Shown here: positions 12,277 through 23,200 of the stretch, piece after piece
Layout: every line of letters starts with the position of its first letter
Numbering within the stretch: position 1 is the first letter of the stretch
Source of the DNA: Raillietiella orientalis
Lineage: Eukaryota
Length of the DNA stretch: 64,000 nt
Direction: 5' to 3'
Assembly (NCBI GenBank): GCA_036172245.1
Contig: JAYWIR010000003.1
Span: 3,968,001 to 4,032,000, forward strand
Position numbers and translations under genes: made by a program
Notes under the pieces: generated by a model
Databases searched by the model: none
The model's input: only the letters and a program-made list of their open reading frames with translations
Told to the model about the DNA's origin: nothing

Positions 12277-13828
12277 GTAAGCTGGCAGGCGGCAGCACCG
12301 GCGCGCCACCCTCCCCACCATCTCCCCCGCCGCCGCTGGGGGGGTTTCGCGGACCGGGAGTCCCCGAGGCGCAGTGTGACCCGAGGCGTCGCGCGCGGCT
12401 TCCCTCTTCTCCTCCTCCCCCGGAGCGACGATGACACGCCACCCTCCTCCCCCATCATCTCTTGCACCACCGCCGCTGTCTTTGCTGGGGGGGGGGGGTT
12501 CGTGACCGGGAGCCTCTGAGGCGCAGTGTGACCCGAGGCGTCGCGCGCGCGCGCGCGCGACTCCCCCTTTCTCCTCCCTTGGGTCGAAGACGACAGCACC
12601 GGCGTGCCACCCTCCTCCCCATCATCTCTTGCGCCGCCGCCGCCGCCTCCGCTGGGGGGGGGTTCGCGGACCGCGTGCCTCCAAGGAGCAGTGTGACCCA
12701 AAGTGTTGCGCGCGCGCACGTAGCTCTCCCCCCCTTCTCCCCCGGGGCGAAGGCTGCATACGGCACAGGCGCGCTTCCCTCCCTCCCATCAACTCCCGCA
12801 CCGCCGCCGCTGTTTCTGCTGGGGGGCTCGCGGCCCGGGCGCCGCCGGGGCGCAGTGTGACCCGAGGTGTCAAGCGCGCGCGCGTGGCTCCCTCATTCCT
12901 CCTCCCCCCCTCCCCCAGGGCAAAGACGACAGCGCCGTCGGCTCCTGCTCGTGTCTACCCTGCGCCGCGGGGGCGGGTCGAAGGGAGACCCCTCCTTTAT
13001 GTGACGTCCATTTTCAGTTGAGCTCCTGGGTCCCTCGGAGCCCAGCATCCGCCGCTACCGAACGGCCTTCAGCAGGGAACAGATCGGACGCCTCGAGAAG
13101 GAATACGCGAAAGAGAGTTACATTTCCCGGCCGAGGAGGTGCGAGCTGGCGGTGGAACTCGGCCTCCCCGAGAACACCATCAAAGTATTGACCACTCCCT
13201 TCGGGGCACGACCTCTAACCCCCCTTCCCCCTCCCCCTCTCCCTTCCCCGTCGTGTTGTAGGTCTGGTTCCAAAACCGGCGGATGAAGGACAAGCGGCAG
13301 CGGCTGGCGCTCTGGCCGTACGCCGACCCCGCCTTCTCGGCTCTCCTGCAGGCGGCCTTCGCCAGCAACGCCTACTCCGCCGCCATCGCGCCCCCCGCGG
13401 TCGCCATGACCGCGCAGCCCTTGGCGCTGCCCCAGCACCCCACGCTGCCCTTCGCGCTCTTCCCGCCCGCCGCCGCCCACGTCCCCGGCTACGTCTCCTA
13501 CTCCCTCAGGCAGGGACAGGGCTCGCCGGCCTACCTCCGCTACCCGGCCCACGTGGTCGACGCGGGGGAGCCCCTGGACCACCTGCTCAGGACGCGAGCG
13601 TACCCCCCTCTCCTGCACGCGGGCAAACCGCCCGCCTCCCCGCCCCCGGGAGCGCCAGCGTGCTTCGCCCACAACCCCACGGCGGCGGCGGCAGCAGCGG
13701 CGGCGGCGGCGGCGACCACGAAGCTGCCGGGCAAGGGCAAGGTCGGCAAGGCCTGCGGCGCAGACCCCGGCTCTCCCGTCAAGCTCTTCCGGCCCTACGA
13801 GAAGATGGAGGTCGGCGACGGCGCCTGA
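12132..13828 (+). CDS. eve: even-skipped/Evx homeodomain transcription factor, 3 exons: join(12132..12276,13018..13184,13262..13828), 292 aa
   Basis: Manual splicing gives one continuous frame: MQENFALL...[86 protein letters not shown]...[39 protein letters not shown] and the WPY motif after the homeodomain are Eve/Evx diagnostics. Both introns are GT-AG with compatible phases (1 and 0). The start codon is inferred as the first in-frame ATG. Confidence 0.95.
12293..12940. repeat. GC-rich minisatellite, ~4 units of 152-165 bp, in eve intron 1
   Basis: Core CAGTGTGACCC recurs at 12372, 12524, 12689 and 12853. Each copy is followed by a (CG)n run and preceded by CCCATC...GCTGGGGGG. Confidence 0.92.
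13018..13184 (+). CDS. eve: eve coding exon 2 (homeodomain residues 1-46 at 13047-13184)
   Basis: Acceptor TTTTCAG ending at 13017; donor AAA|GTATTG at 13185. Encodes homeodomain helices 1-2 and the start of helix 3. Confidence 0.95.
13262..13828 (+). CDS. eve: eve coding exon 3 (VWFQNRR helix 3, Pro/Ala-rich region, 11xAla at 13682-13714, LFRPY tail)
   Basis: Preceded by a 77-nt intron with a CTAAC branch-like motif, pyrimidine tract and TGTAG acceptor. Same frame as supplied ORF 13283..13828; ends in TGA. Confidence 0.95.
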   Translation, partial: VWFQNRRMKDKRQRLALWPYADPAFSALLQAAFASNAYSAAIAPPAVAMTAQPLALPQHPTLPFALFPPAAAHVPGYVSYSLRQGQGSPAYLRYPAHVVDAGEPLDHLLRTRAYPPLLHAGKPPASPPPGAPACFAHNPTAAAAAAAAAAATTKLPGKGKVGKACGADPGSPVKLFRPYEKMEVGDGA

Positions 13829-14135
13829 GGGGCGCGGGAGAGAGAGCGCTGTGTGAAACGCCCGCATGCCGGATCCGGGCGGAGGGACGCCCCCCTGCCG
13901 GCGGCCTGCGAAGGCGACGACGACGCCACGGGCCCCCTCTTGGGTGGTCGCGCCCCCTCGCCATCCCGGTGGAGAAGCGGCCGCTGCCCCGCCTTCCGTG
14001 CGGGGCGCATCTCCCGACCAGGCCGTACGGAGCCGCCGGCCCGCTGATTTACGGCGCGCGCGCGGAGGAGGCGGTCGGTGTCGGTGACCATGGAAACGGC
14101 CGGCGCGCTTCCTCGCCCCCTCTTCGCACGGCGAC

Positions 14136-14141
14136 AATAAA
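14136..14141 (+). terminator. probable eve polyadenylation signal AATAAA
   Basis: First AATAAA downstream of the stop (~310 nt), in otherwise very GC-rich sequence. Confidence 0.65.
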
Positions 14142-15399
14142 GCGGAGACAACCCGGCTGCGTGCTGCATTTCCAATCATCTCGGAGGAAGGAGGAGGCGA
14201 GGTCCAGGGAGGATGGGAAAACACATCCATTCTTGGGGCTGGGTCCGTTCGCACCACCCTGGGAGCACTGCGGATGCCTTCCCGGAGGAGGAGGAGTAAG
14301 GGTCGTTCCCTCTCTCATCCGCCCCCCACGGGCGCAGGGGTCGGCCGAGAGCGTTTGGACTTCCGCCTCTGCCGCCCTCTTGGCGAAGAAGCAGGAGAGA
14401 AGCAGAGGAGAGAAGAAGAAAGGCGTTTCCTCGAGCGGGATGGTAACCAATGGCGACGCGGACGCTCGCGCGCGCACCGCTGGAGGAGAGCGGAGAGCGC
14501 GCGCGGCGGAAGGGGAGGAGGGGAGGGAGGAAGGAAAGAAGAGGGAAAGCAGCAGAAGAGGTGGGAATGGGAGGAAGAAGGATGGGCGGTTGGTCGCGGG
14601 TGGTCCAGGAGGACTCGGTGACGGAGATCGGAACCGGAGGTCACGCAGCGACGGCGCGCACGCCCCTGGGAAAAGGTGAGGCGGCCACCTTTGTTTCCCT
14701 GTAACCCTCCCTCCCCCTCCCCGCCAGCGCCGCCGCCTTTTCATGCGCGCTCTTTTATGGCCCCTAATGACCCGCGCCAGGTCGCTCCTCCCGGCGAGCG
14801 GAAGAATCGCAAGGGGAAATATTTTGACTCTCCGAGTGGCAGGGAGGCTGGGCGCGCGGGACCTCGCGGGAACTCCCGGCAGCGCTCCTGGTGGGCGCGG
14901 AAGTGCACCTCATCGCCGCTCCGTCCCCTCCCCCCATCCGGAGGGAAAGGGGGGGAAGGACCTTCGGGAAGGGCACGGCAGCACCGTCGCAGCCCGGAGA
15001 AGGAAGAGGAACGGGTGAGAGGGGGGTGGACCGTGGGTCTTGAGCAGCTCCCTGAGTAGGCCTTCGCCTCATCCTCCTCTGATCTCTTCTCCCCCTCCCT
15101 TTCCTCCCCAAGTCGCCGCGAGTGCCTGCAGTCTCCCGAAGATGCTGGACCGGCGAAACCGGGAAGCATCCGCTGGGGGGAGGAAATTTTCGACGCGGCA
15201 GTCTCTCAGCTCATGGTCCACGGTGCTGCATCCGACCTGTCCGACGGGCCGCCCACCCTCCCCCGGCGCTGCTTACGGGCGCGCGTGCCCTGCGACCCTG
15301 CCCGCGGACCGACAACCTCGGCTTCCTGCGTCACGGCTCCCCGTTGCCGAGGCTCCCGATACTCCTGCGGTAGGATGCTGCTGGATCCGACCGGAGACG

Positions 15400-15640
15400 G
15401 ACGCGCGGATGTGGACGGCGGAACGGATGCAGGAACTTAGATGGATGGACAACCAATAGGCAGATGACGATGGGGGCAGGTCCGGACGGATGGATGGAGC
15501 GTAGGCTGGCAGATGGACGATCCACCTGATGATAGATGGAGAGATGGCGGCGGGTCGATGCGCAGGCAGGTGGTGGACGACGGAGGACGGACAGATGCGT
15601 GGGTGGCGGTCCTGGAGAGCCAGCATCCACCGGATGGTGC
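15400..15640. repeat. degenerate (GATG/GACG)n microsatellite
   Basis: Repeated gatgga/gacgga units. Confidence 0.7.
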
Positions 15641-18600
15641 ACTCGTGCCTTTCGGGCGACGGAGGGGAGGGCCGGCTCCCCTTCGCCCGCCGCGGGCTTT
15701 CCAACCGGTGTCGGGAAGGCGCTGACGCGCCCGCGGCGCTCTCGCAGCAACAGCGAGGCCGCCGCGGTTTGTCCCGGGAGGTCGTCTCTCCCTCCCGACC
15801 GTCCTCTTTCCAGCCGCGACCCAAGGCGGGCGGCGACCTTTCAGATGGTCCCCCCCGAGGGAGCGGCGGCGGGGAGTCCCGCCTCCTTGCTCTCTTTTCG
15901 GAGCAGGCGAGGAAGTGGGACGGGGAAGAGGGGAGAGTGGAACGAAGGATGCGGTCCCCTCGTGCTTCGTCCCACCCCCTTTTCCTCTTCACAAGGCTGC
16001 GGTTGCCTGGCGACGGGCGTTTGGAGAGTTCCCAGGAGCACCGCGGCCTCCGGACAGTGTGTCCTCGAAGAAGATCTGTCCCGCAAGAGGGTGGAGTGAT
16101 CTCGCGGGATTCGCGCGCGCGCGTTGCCGGTTCCGGGGGGAGGGAAAGAGGAGAGGGTGGAGGCTGTCCTGTCTCGCGCCTCCCTCGTCTCCAGGAGCGA
16201 GGTGAGCCGAGAGCGCTCCTTCCTTCCGCCCTTACCCCTTCTCTCTCTCCCCCCCGTTCCACGAGGACGCGCGCCGGTTCTTCCCTGCGCCTCCCGGGTC
16301 TCCCGCGGGACGGAAAACGCGGGTGCCAACTTTCTCCGGCGCGCCTTCCCCTTCCCTGCCCCGTTCCCGTTTTCCATTTTGCGAAGCTTCGGGAAGCTTC
16401 CGGGGTAGGAGAGGGGGAGAGCCAGCGGCGCCCGTTCGTCCCCGCGGAACGCGCCCTTCCGCGACCCGCCGCTCCCTACACCCTCCTTCTCGCTCCACCT
16501 GATAATCCGGGAAGCCTCCTCCGCCTGATTCGATTACCGGGATCGACCATTCCTTATTCATGAACGCGCGCCGCTCCCGATTTGCTCCCGATCGGCGGTA
16601 ATTGGATTCCTCCCGAGCGCCGGCTGAGTCCGCGGCCGGGAACCCTTCCCGCGCCTCCCTCCCGATTGGATCGCGGGAGTTCTCGGAGAAGGGAGGGCGA
16701 GCAGGAGGTCCTCTCCGCGAGATTCAGTCGCGCCGCACCCTTTCTCCCCCTCCCCCCTAACTTCCAGGGATCAGGGGAAAAAGGGGGGAGGGAAAGGAGA
16801 CACGGAGGAAGGTTGTTCCGGCCGGGATGGAGGGTTCTTTTGAGAGCGCCGTCCGGAACGGCAGGACTCTCCTTCCGCCTGCCCCTGCGCACCCCGTCCG
16901 CCAGAGTCACGTGGCTGGCAAGAGCTCAAGTGGGGAGGGATTCCCTGGGAAGGGAGGAGGGAAGGGGGAGGCGGGTTGCAGCCTCCTCTCTGGCTCCTCC
17001 CGGAAGGAGCGCGCGCGCGACGGAGGCCTTGGCCGCTCTTCGTGCCTCGTCCCGAAATCCCCTCCCCTCCCTTCACTTGCTGTCCCCGGGGAGCTCTCGG
17101 CCTCCCGGTGCCGGCAGATCAGACCCGAGCCCCGAGGGCGGCCTCCGCCTCCTTTTCAGGCCATTTGGCAGCCCTGCAATCGCTCGGGAATCTGCGATGA
17201 AAGCGCAGATTATCCGCGGCTAATTGAATTCTTATCGAGGGCGCGCCCCGGGTGTTTCCTTCCACCGGCTGTTTATCTGCGGGCAAGGATCTCGTTCCAG
17301 CATCTCCGCCTGCTCCCGGACCCTCCCTCGCGCGTGCGCAGAGGTTCGCGCGCGGACATGGCTCCGGAAGGGAGACAGGGTAAAGGGAAGAGAGATTTTT
17401 TTTTCTTTCTTCCTTTCTTTCTCTCTCCTGAAGATGACCTAACGGCTAGAGTCCAGCCAGCAGCATCAGGGACTGCGCGAGTTTCTGAGGAAGAAGGAGA
17501 TGGGCAGGTGGGGCTCCCGGGAAACCAAATGGTAAGCTGCACTGAAGGAAGCTGTGGGGGATCCAACGCGCGGCAGTAGCTGCTCCTCGAGGGACGTCCC
17601 TTCCCCCCCTACACTTCGGGTCGCCCCGGAAACGCTGCCGCCGTTTTTCTTCCAAAGTGCTCGCATCACCTGTGTGCTCCGCTCTCGGATGGCGTGTCTC
17701 CGCACGCGCTCACCTCAGGAAGAACTCCGAAGACAACGGCCAGCGCCGTAGCTGCCCTCCGCGGAAGAAAAACAACCACAGACGGCAGCGGCAGGAGCAG
17801 CACCAGTAATGGTGACCATGGCAGCGACAGCGGCACCGGCAACCACAGCAGCGGCGGCAGTTCCCTCGCGAGGGTGCTCAAGGCAAAGGCGGGAGAAGGA
17901 AGCACAACCGGTGCGTGGCGTCAACAAGAACGCCTCGAGCGAGAGAGAGCGCACAGAGGAGAGAGGGAGGGAGGGGGAGGGAGAGCACAGAAATTGCTCC
18001 TTCACCAAATACGAGTTTGCTTGCTTCCAGACACGGGATCAGCCTTTTTGCTCGGGAAACCAGCGTCCTCCTCCCCTTCCCTCGTGCCCTCGCTGCGCAG
18101 GGTGGGCAAGACGAGGACGGGGAGGGGGAGGGAGAGCAAGCACCCTTCCTGTCCGGGCCAGGAGGATGTCGACAGGAGGAAAAGAAGGGGCAAGGGACTC
18201 CGGCACGCAGCAGCAGCTGAGAGACCTCCGTCCGTCCCGGTGGCGGCCGAGCGCGTCTCCAAGGTTCCCGCGACACCCGCCCTTCGCCCCGCCCTCGGCA
18301 GGGGGCCCTTACGAACCACGGCGCGTCACGCCGGAGTGCGCATCCTCCTGGAGGGAAACGCAGCGGCGAGAGCGACGCCGTCCTCCGCGTGACGTGCCTG
18401 CCCCCGTTTCCAGGAAGGGGGAAGGGGGGCTCTCCCAAAGGGGAAAAGGGAAAAAAGCCGGCAAGCGGCGGGGTGCGGAAGAGACTCACAGGTGGATGCT
18501 GCCGAGTTCCCGGGGAGATGGCAAACTCTTTGGCCGCGGAAGAGCGGCCGCTCCTCTGAGGGAAGAGACGGAACGTCCCTCCAGGGCATGCAGACGAAGA

Positions 18601-19577
18601 TGATGAATGGACGGAGGAGCACCATTTTTCATACCGGCGATAACGTCCGAGCGCCCATTATGACTTTGACAAAGTTCGTTAGCGTCCCATTTAGGCCTCT
18701 CTGCTACCGGATGTGGGACCGGGGCCTCACCGTCTTAACACTGCGATTTGCTTGATGAATAGTAAGGTCATCATGGAAGATCGCTATCTCCTCCAGGTGA
18801 TGCTCGACTCGGCGTGCACGAGAAGGGATCCTGGAGAGCGGCATGAGCCCAGGAATCCCTCGTCTCCCTCTGCAAAAGCGGCGGCGATGGCGCCGAGATA
18901 AAAAGCAGCGGCGGCCCACGCGCGCCCAGCTCTGAGGGAAGGGCTAGCTGGAGCCTCCCCCTCTCCGGACGGTCTTCGGGTGGACGGCACTCGCAGCGTC
19001 GTCCGCGAGCTCGGAGAGCACGGGGGCGGCGTGCGTGCCGCGCGCGTGCTCTGCTCCAGACCTCGCTCGTCCGTCCCCCTCCGCCGCGATTTCTGCTCCG
19101 CGGATCGGGAAGCGGGATGAGCCCTTCCCCTCGCCCCGAGGAGCGAAGGGGGCGGGGGCAGGAACGCGCAAGCGGGCCACCGTGGTCCGCGGATTCCTCT
19201 GCGCGGAGGAGCACTCGGAGGTCGAGGAGTCTAATAGGTGTGACCATCAGAAACGAATCCGGGAAAGGAACGCTGCCCGCTTATCTCTTCATTGACCAGG
19301 TGGTCCTCTTTATGGCGGCGGGGATGGTTAACCAAATTTCGGAAAAGATTCCCCGGCGATGAAAAGGAAAAGGAGGGTCGTAAAACCTCGAGTCTGAAGG
19401 CGCTGCCAGAGTGTTTTGGTTGCTGCAGCTTTCAACAATGCATTCATCTTGCGGGGTCTCCGATGACTACCGCCGGCCCTGACAGCGAGACTCGGGCGCG
19501 CAAGTCCCGAGGCGAGGAGAAAGCCGGGCGCGCGCGCACCGGCGTTTGGCGTGATGGATGCGCGGTGCGCGCCCCCG

Positions 19578-19587
<10 letters not shown>

Positions 19588-19611
<24 letters not shown>

Positions 19612-19623
19612 ATCTCCCTCTCT
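19588..19623. repeat. (CT)n microsatellite
   Basis: Direct read; another occurs at ~35270-35290. Confidence 0.9.
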
Positions 19624-21469
19624 CCCCGCCTGCGGGCCTCACGCACGCGCGCGGCCGCCCGCCGGCGCATCCTGTGTTGACAGCGGCACCGCGCAGGCGC
19701 GAGCCCTCCGCGTTCCGGCTGTGCGCAGCAGCTCTCTTCCTCCTCCTGGACGCCTGGGAAGCGCTGGTCGAGCGTTCCTTCCGAAACCTGGAGCCCGGCG
19801 CTCCTTGCGCTCTCGTCGAGCTACTTCCTCGCCGGTTCCACTTGCCCTTCCCTCCCTTTCCCCTGAAGAAAGAAAGAAAAATTCCCTGAAAAATTTCCAC
19901 GTCAGCAACAGCAGCCTCACCGGAAACGGCAGCAGCAGCACCTTTCCAAGCGGACTCTTCTTCTGACGGTGGGTGCGACTCTCCCTCGGGAACAACTCGA
20001 GGGTCCGTCTCGGGGACGAACCCGGACTGCCTTGCTCTTGCGCACCTCCCTCAAGGAGGAAAATTCCCGTGGCTGACGACGACCCGAAGTCGAAAAACTG
20101 CAAGCGCAAGCGAGCGAAGGGGTGCCCCTTCTGCTGCCCACGTGCGCAGCCTCCTCCTTCTCTCTTCCTCCTCCTTTCCTTTCTCCTCTTACTTTTTCCT
20201 TCCTTCTCCTCCTCTTCCTTATCCCTTCCCCCTCCTCCGGGAGCGCGTGCTATGCGCGCTGTCGCCGCAGCGGCCGAAGGACGCGTCGATGTCCTCGGAG
20301 TGGACCAGGGCTGTCGCCGAATTCCAACGCCGAGTCCCAGCGACCACCGACCTAGTTTTCGAACCTGACAGACCTCCCAAGTGCCATAGGGATGGGGGGT
20401 GAGAGGGGGAGGGGAGCGCAGCGTAGGTCAGCCGGCCGCTGCGAGAGCGACGGCGCGCCCCTGGACGTCTTCTCAAGGAAGATCCACGCCCGAAGTCCTC
20501 TCCCAACGCCCCGGGCGCGTGCGACTGCACGATATCCCGTGGTCCTCTTCGCCCGTGGCGAAGGCGGCGCCGTGCTCGACCGCCGCTTGCGCCAGAGCGG
20601 TGCTCGCTCGACGCCACGAGTGCCAGGAACCTCAGTGTTCCTTCCTGAGAGGCGCTCCAAGACGGCATCTCTCTTTCGCCTGCGCCGACGGATCGCCATC
20701 AATCTTGCCGAAGAGCGCGCCCGGGATGGAAGCTTCCTGTTCTCTTTATGAGGCGTATGCACGCGCAGCCTGGAACGCCACAATGGGGGGACTGTAAAAT
20801 CGTTGCCCCGGCAACCATAAACCGCTGGGGGTAGTGAAAGGATTTGCGCCTCAAAAGCGTTCCTTTTGGAGCACGGGAAAGAAGTGGATTCAGGTGAAAG
20901 GACACCAGGCGGCCGCGCCGGGACAGATGGCCGGGACCGCAGACACGAAGAGCAGGTGTCTGCAGGCGGCCGCGCTTCTTGGGCGCCTCGGAGAGCCAGC
21001 CTAGGTGGCTGCGCAGCAGAGCTCCAGGCGAGGATCGCCTGGAATTCGGTCCGCCCGACGGGAGCAGCCGACCGTGGGGGCTGGCGCCTGTCCTAAGCGT
21101 GCCCCGCACGAGGGGGAAGGGAAGGGTCCACAAGGCGCCTGGTGGAGGCGCGAGCGCGTCCCCTCCAGGCAGGAATCTGGCAGGGTATGCTTTCTCCCCG
21201 CGGGTCCAGGAAGAAAGGTGGAGCCACGTCCCGAGGTCCCGCCGCGGAACGGCCGCCTCGAAACGCTTCCGTTGAGCAACCGGGGGAGGGGAGGTCTCCG
21301 CCGCCGCCGACTTTCTCGAGTCGTCGGGATCTCACGCGCCTCTTGCGGAGCGCCGAAGAGATACCGCGAGCGCGCCGCTTGCGGGGGCATTCCAGCAGCA
21401 GCATCACCTTCGACGGAAATGGATGAGGTGACCAGCATGACCGGCTGCGCGTTGCCAAGACGGGTGACC

Positions 21470-23200
21470 CGCGGTTGGATCGATCTGAAAAAAGCATTAA
21501 CTCCTGAACAGGTTGCGCAGGCGTCGCCTCGGAAACGTCAAGAAGAGCGCGCCGAGATGAACGATGGGCGCGCGATCCCGCTTGGAAATGGGGGGAAGGG
21601 GGGGGGATGTGTCTCGGGCGCAGCGCCGATCTTCCGCGGTCTTCAGCCGCGCGGAATCCATCAGAGAGCCGGGCACGAGAGGGAACTTCCGTCCTGCGCG
21701 GACGGCGGGGGTTGATGGATAGCCGCGACGCACGGCCGGCCATTCCCGGGCCACTCCAGGGTTTTCCCTTTCGTCGAACAATGGGGATCGCTCCGCGCGC
21801 ACTCCAGATCTGTCGCTTCGCGAGGACGCTGCGATGGGCTCAGGCGGAGGAGGACTTCCAGGGAGCGCCTCCTGGAAACGCGGCCGCGCGCGCCGCGCCT
21901 TTTGTTTCGCGACACATCTGCGCCATGTCTTCTTTCGAACCGGAGCCGCCGCTGCTGCCGCCGCGCGGGGGGTCGTCTTCCTGCGGGGAAAGCGGGAGGA
22001 CGGAGTGCATCCTAACGGACCTCCCTCAAACACGGCGAGGTCATGGAAGCCCGGTCGAACCTCGCGCGAAGGCGGCGAGAGGCGGGCGAAGTCCAGCCTC
22101 CCGGATCGGGACGCGGGGCAGGTCGCGCATCCGGGATGCGGATGGACTTGCCATGGGACAGCAACTGTCCGATCTGAGCCCAGTCAGCTGCGTCAGAAGA
22201 ATGGAGGACAGGCTGCTTGTGGGACCTGAGGGGCGGGAGAAATCGCAGACTCCTTCCCTCCCTCCTCCGCCCCCGCCTTCACCGCTGGGCGCTCCACGAC
22301 CCCCCACATGGACGTGAGATCCCTCGCTGCCTGAGGAGCCCAACTCACGTGTCTCCCCTCCTCGTTCAGCGCTTCCTGCGTTTCTGAGGGCCGATGCAAC
22401 CGCAGCAGACCCCACTGTGGACTCGGCATCCTTGAAACGGGCCTGGCTCTCCCGCTTGCCTTCCTCCCTTTCCGGCACGGCTTCCCCGTTAAGTCGACGT
22501 GGGAATCGAGACGCTCCAAGAAGCGCTCGGGCCATCCGGAGCTCTGAAGCTCCAGAGTGGGGCGGAAAAGGGGGTGGGAAATCTCCCCCATTTGGAGAAT
22601 CCCTTCCTCGTTGAGATTTGCGGGGGACGCGGGACCGAAGGACAGCGTGATTCTTCCCTTGTTTTCTCAGTCTCCCCAGGGAGCTCTACAATCGCTTACT
22701 TCTTCAACGACAAACCCACTTCTTCTTCCTGTTCTTCTTCTTCACACCTGCCCGATTTCCCAGAAAGATCCCGGATCTGCGGCTCGCCTTCCATGAGGAG
22801 GTCGCATGGCAAGCGTCATGTGACGCAAAGGGCGGACTGGAAGCGGGTGAGGAATCTTCGGGATGCAGGGGATCCCCGTCAAGGTCAAAGACGCAAGGGT
22901 GAGCTTTAGACTCATGGCAGTCGTTCTAGTCTCGGAGTGCTTCTGATCTCTTCTAGAGTCCCTCAACGGCCGCGTTTAGGTCGCCTGTCGAAGACACGTG
23001 AACGTCAAGCAGGTGGCACTTCTTCGTCTCTGAAGCCTCGTTTGAAAGAGCGAGACCTCAGAGGTGGCATCGGTGACTCCTTGATTTCCGGGGAAGCAGC
23101 ACTGAGCCTCGAAAAACGGGATTTCTTCACCCACACCCCCGGTGTCTGACAGGTGGCACCACCAGAGTCGGATCCGCGAATCAGTGCCGCCGCCGCGCGA
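21470..23200 (+). mobile_element. decayed LINE RT fragments
   Basis: WIDLKKAL (D..KAFD-like, ~21478) and SPQG/FFNDKP (GVPQGS...LFN-like, ~22675), in the correct order. Confidence 0.4.

Noticed and set aside
12293..12940. CRISPR-like array (regularly spaced CAGTGTGACCC core)
   Set aside because: The intervening sequences are homologous to each other, the period is ~160 bp, there are no cas genes and it lies in a eukaryotic intron. It is a minisatellite.
13011..13017. TTTTCAG acceptor as proof of nematode origin
   Set aside because: Single instance; intron 2 uses a pyrimidine tract plus TGTAG, and the C-terminal motifs look arthropod-like. The taxon cannot be fixed from this window.
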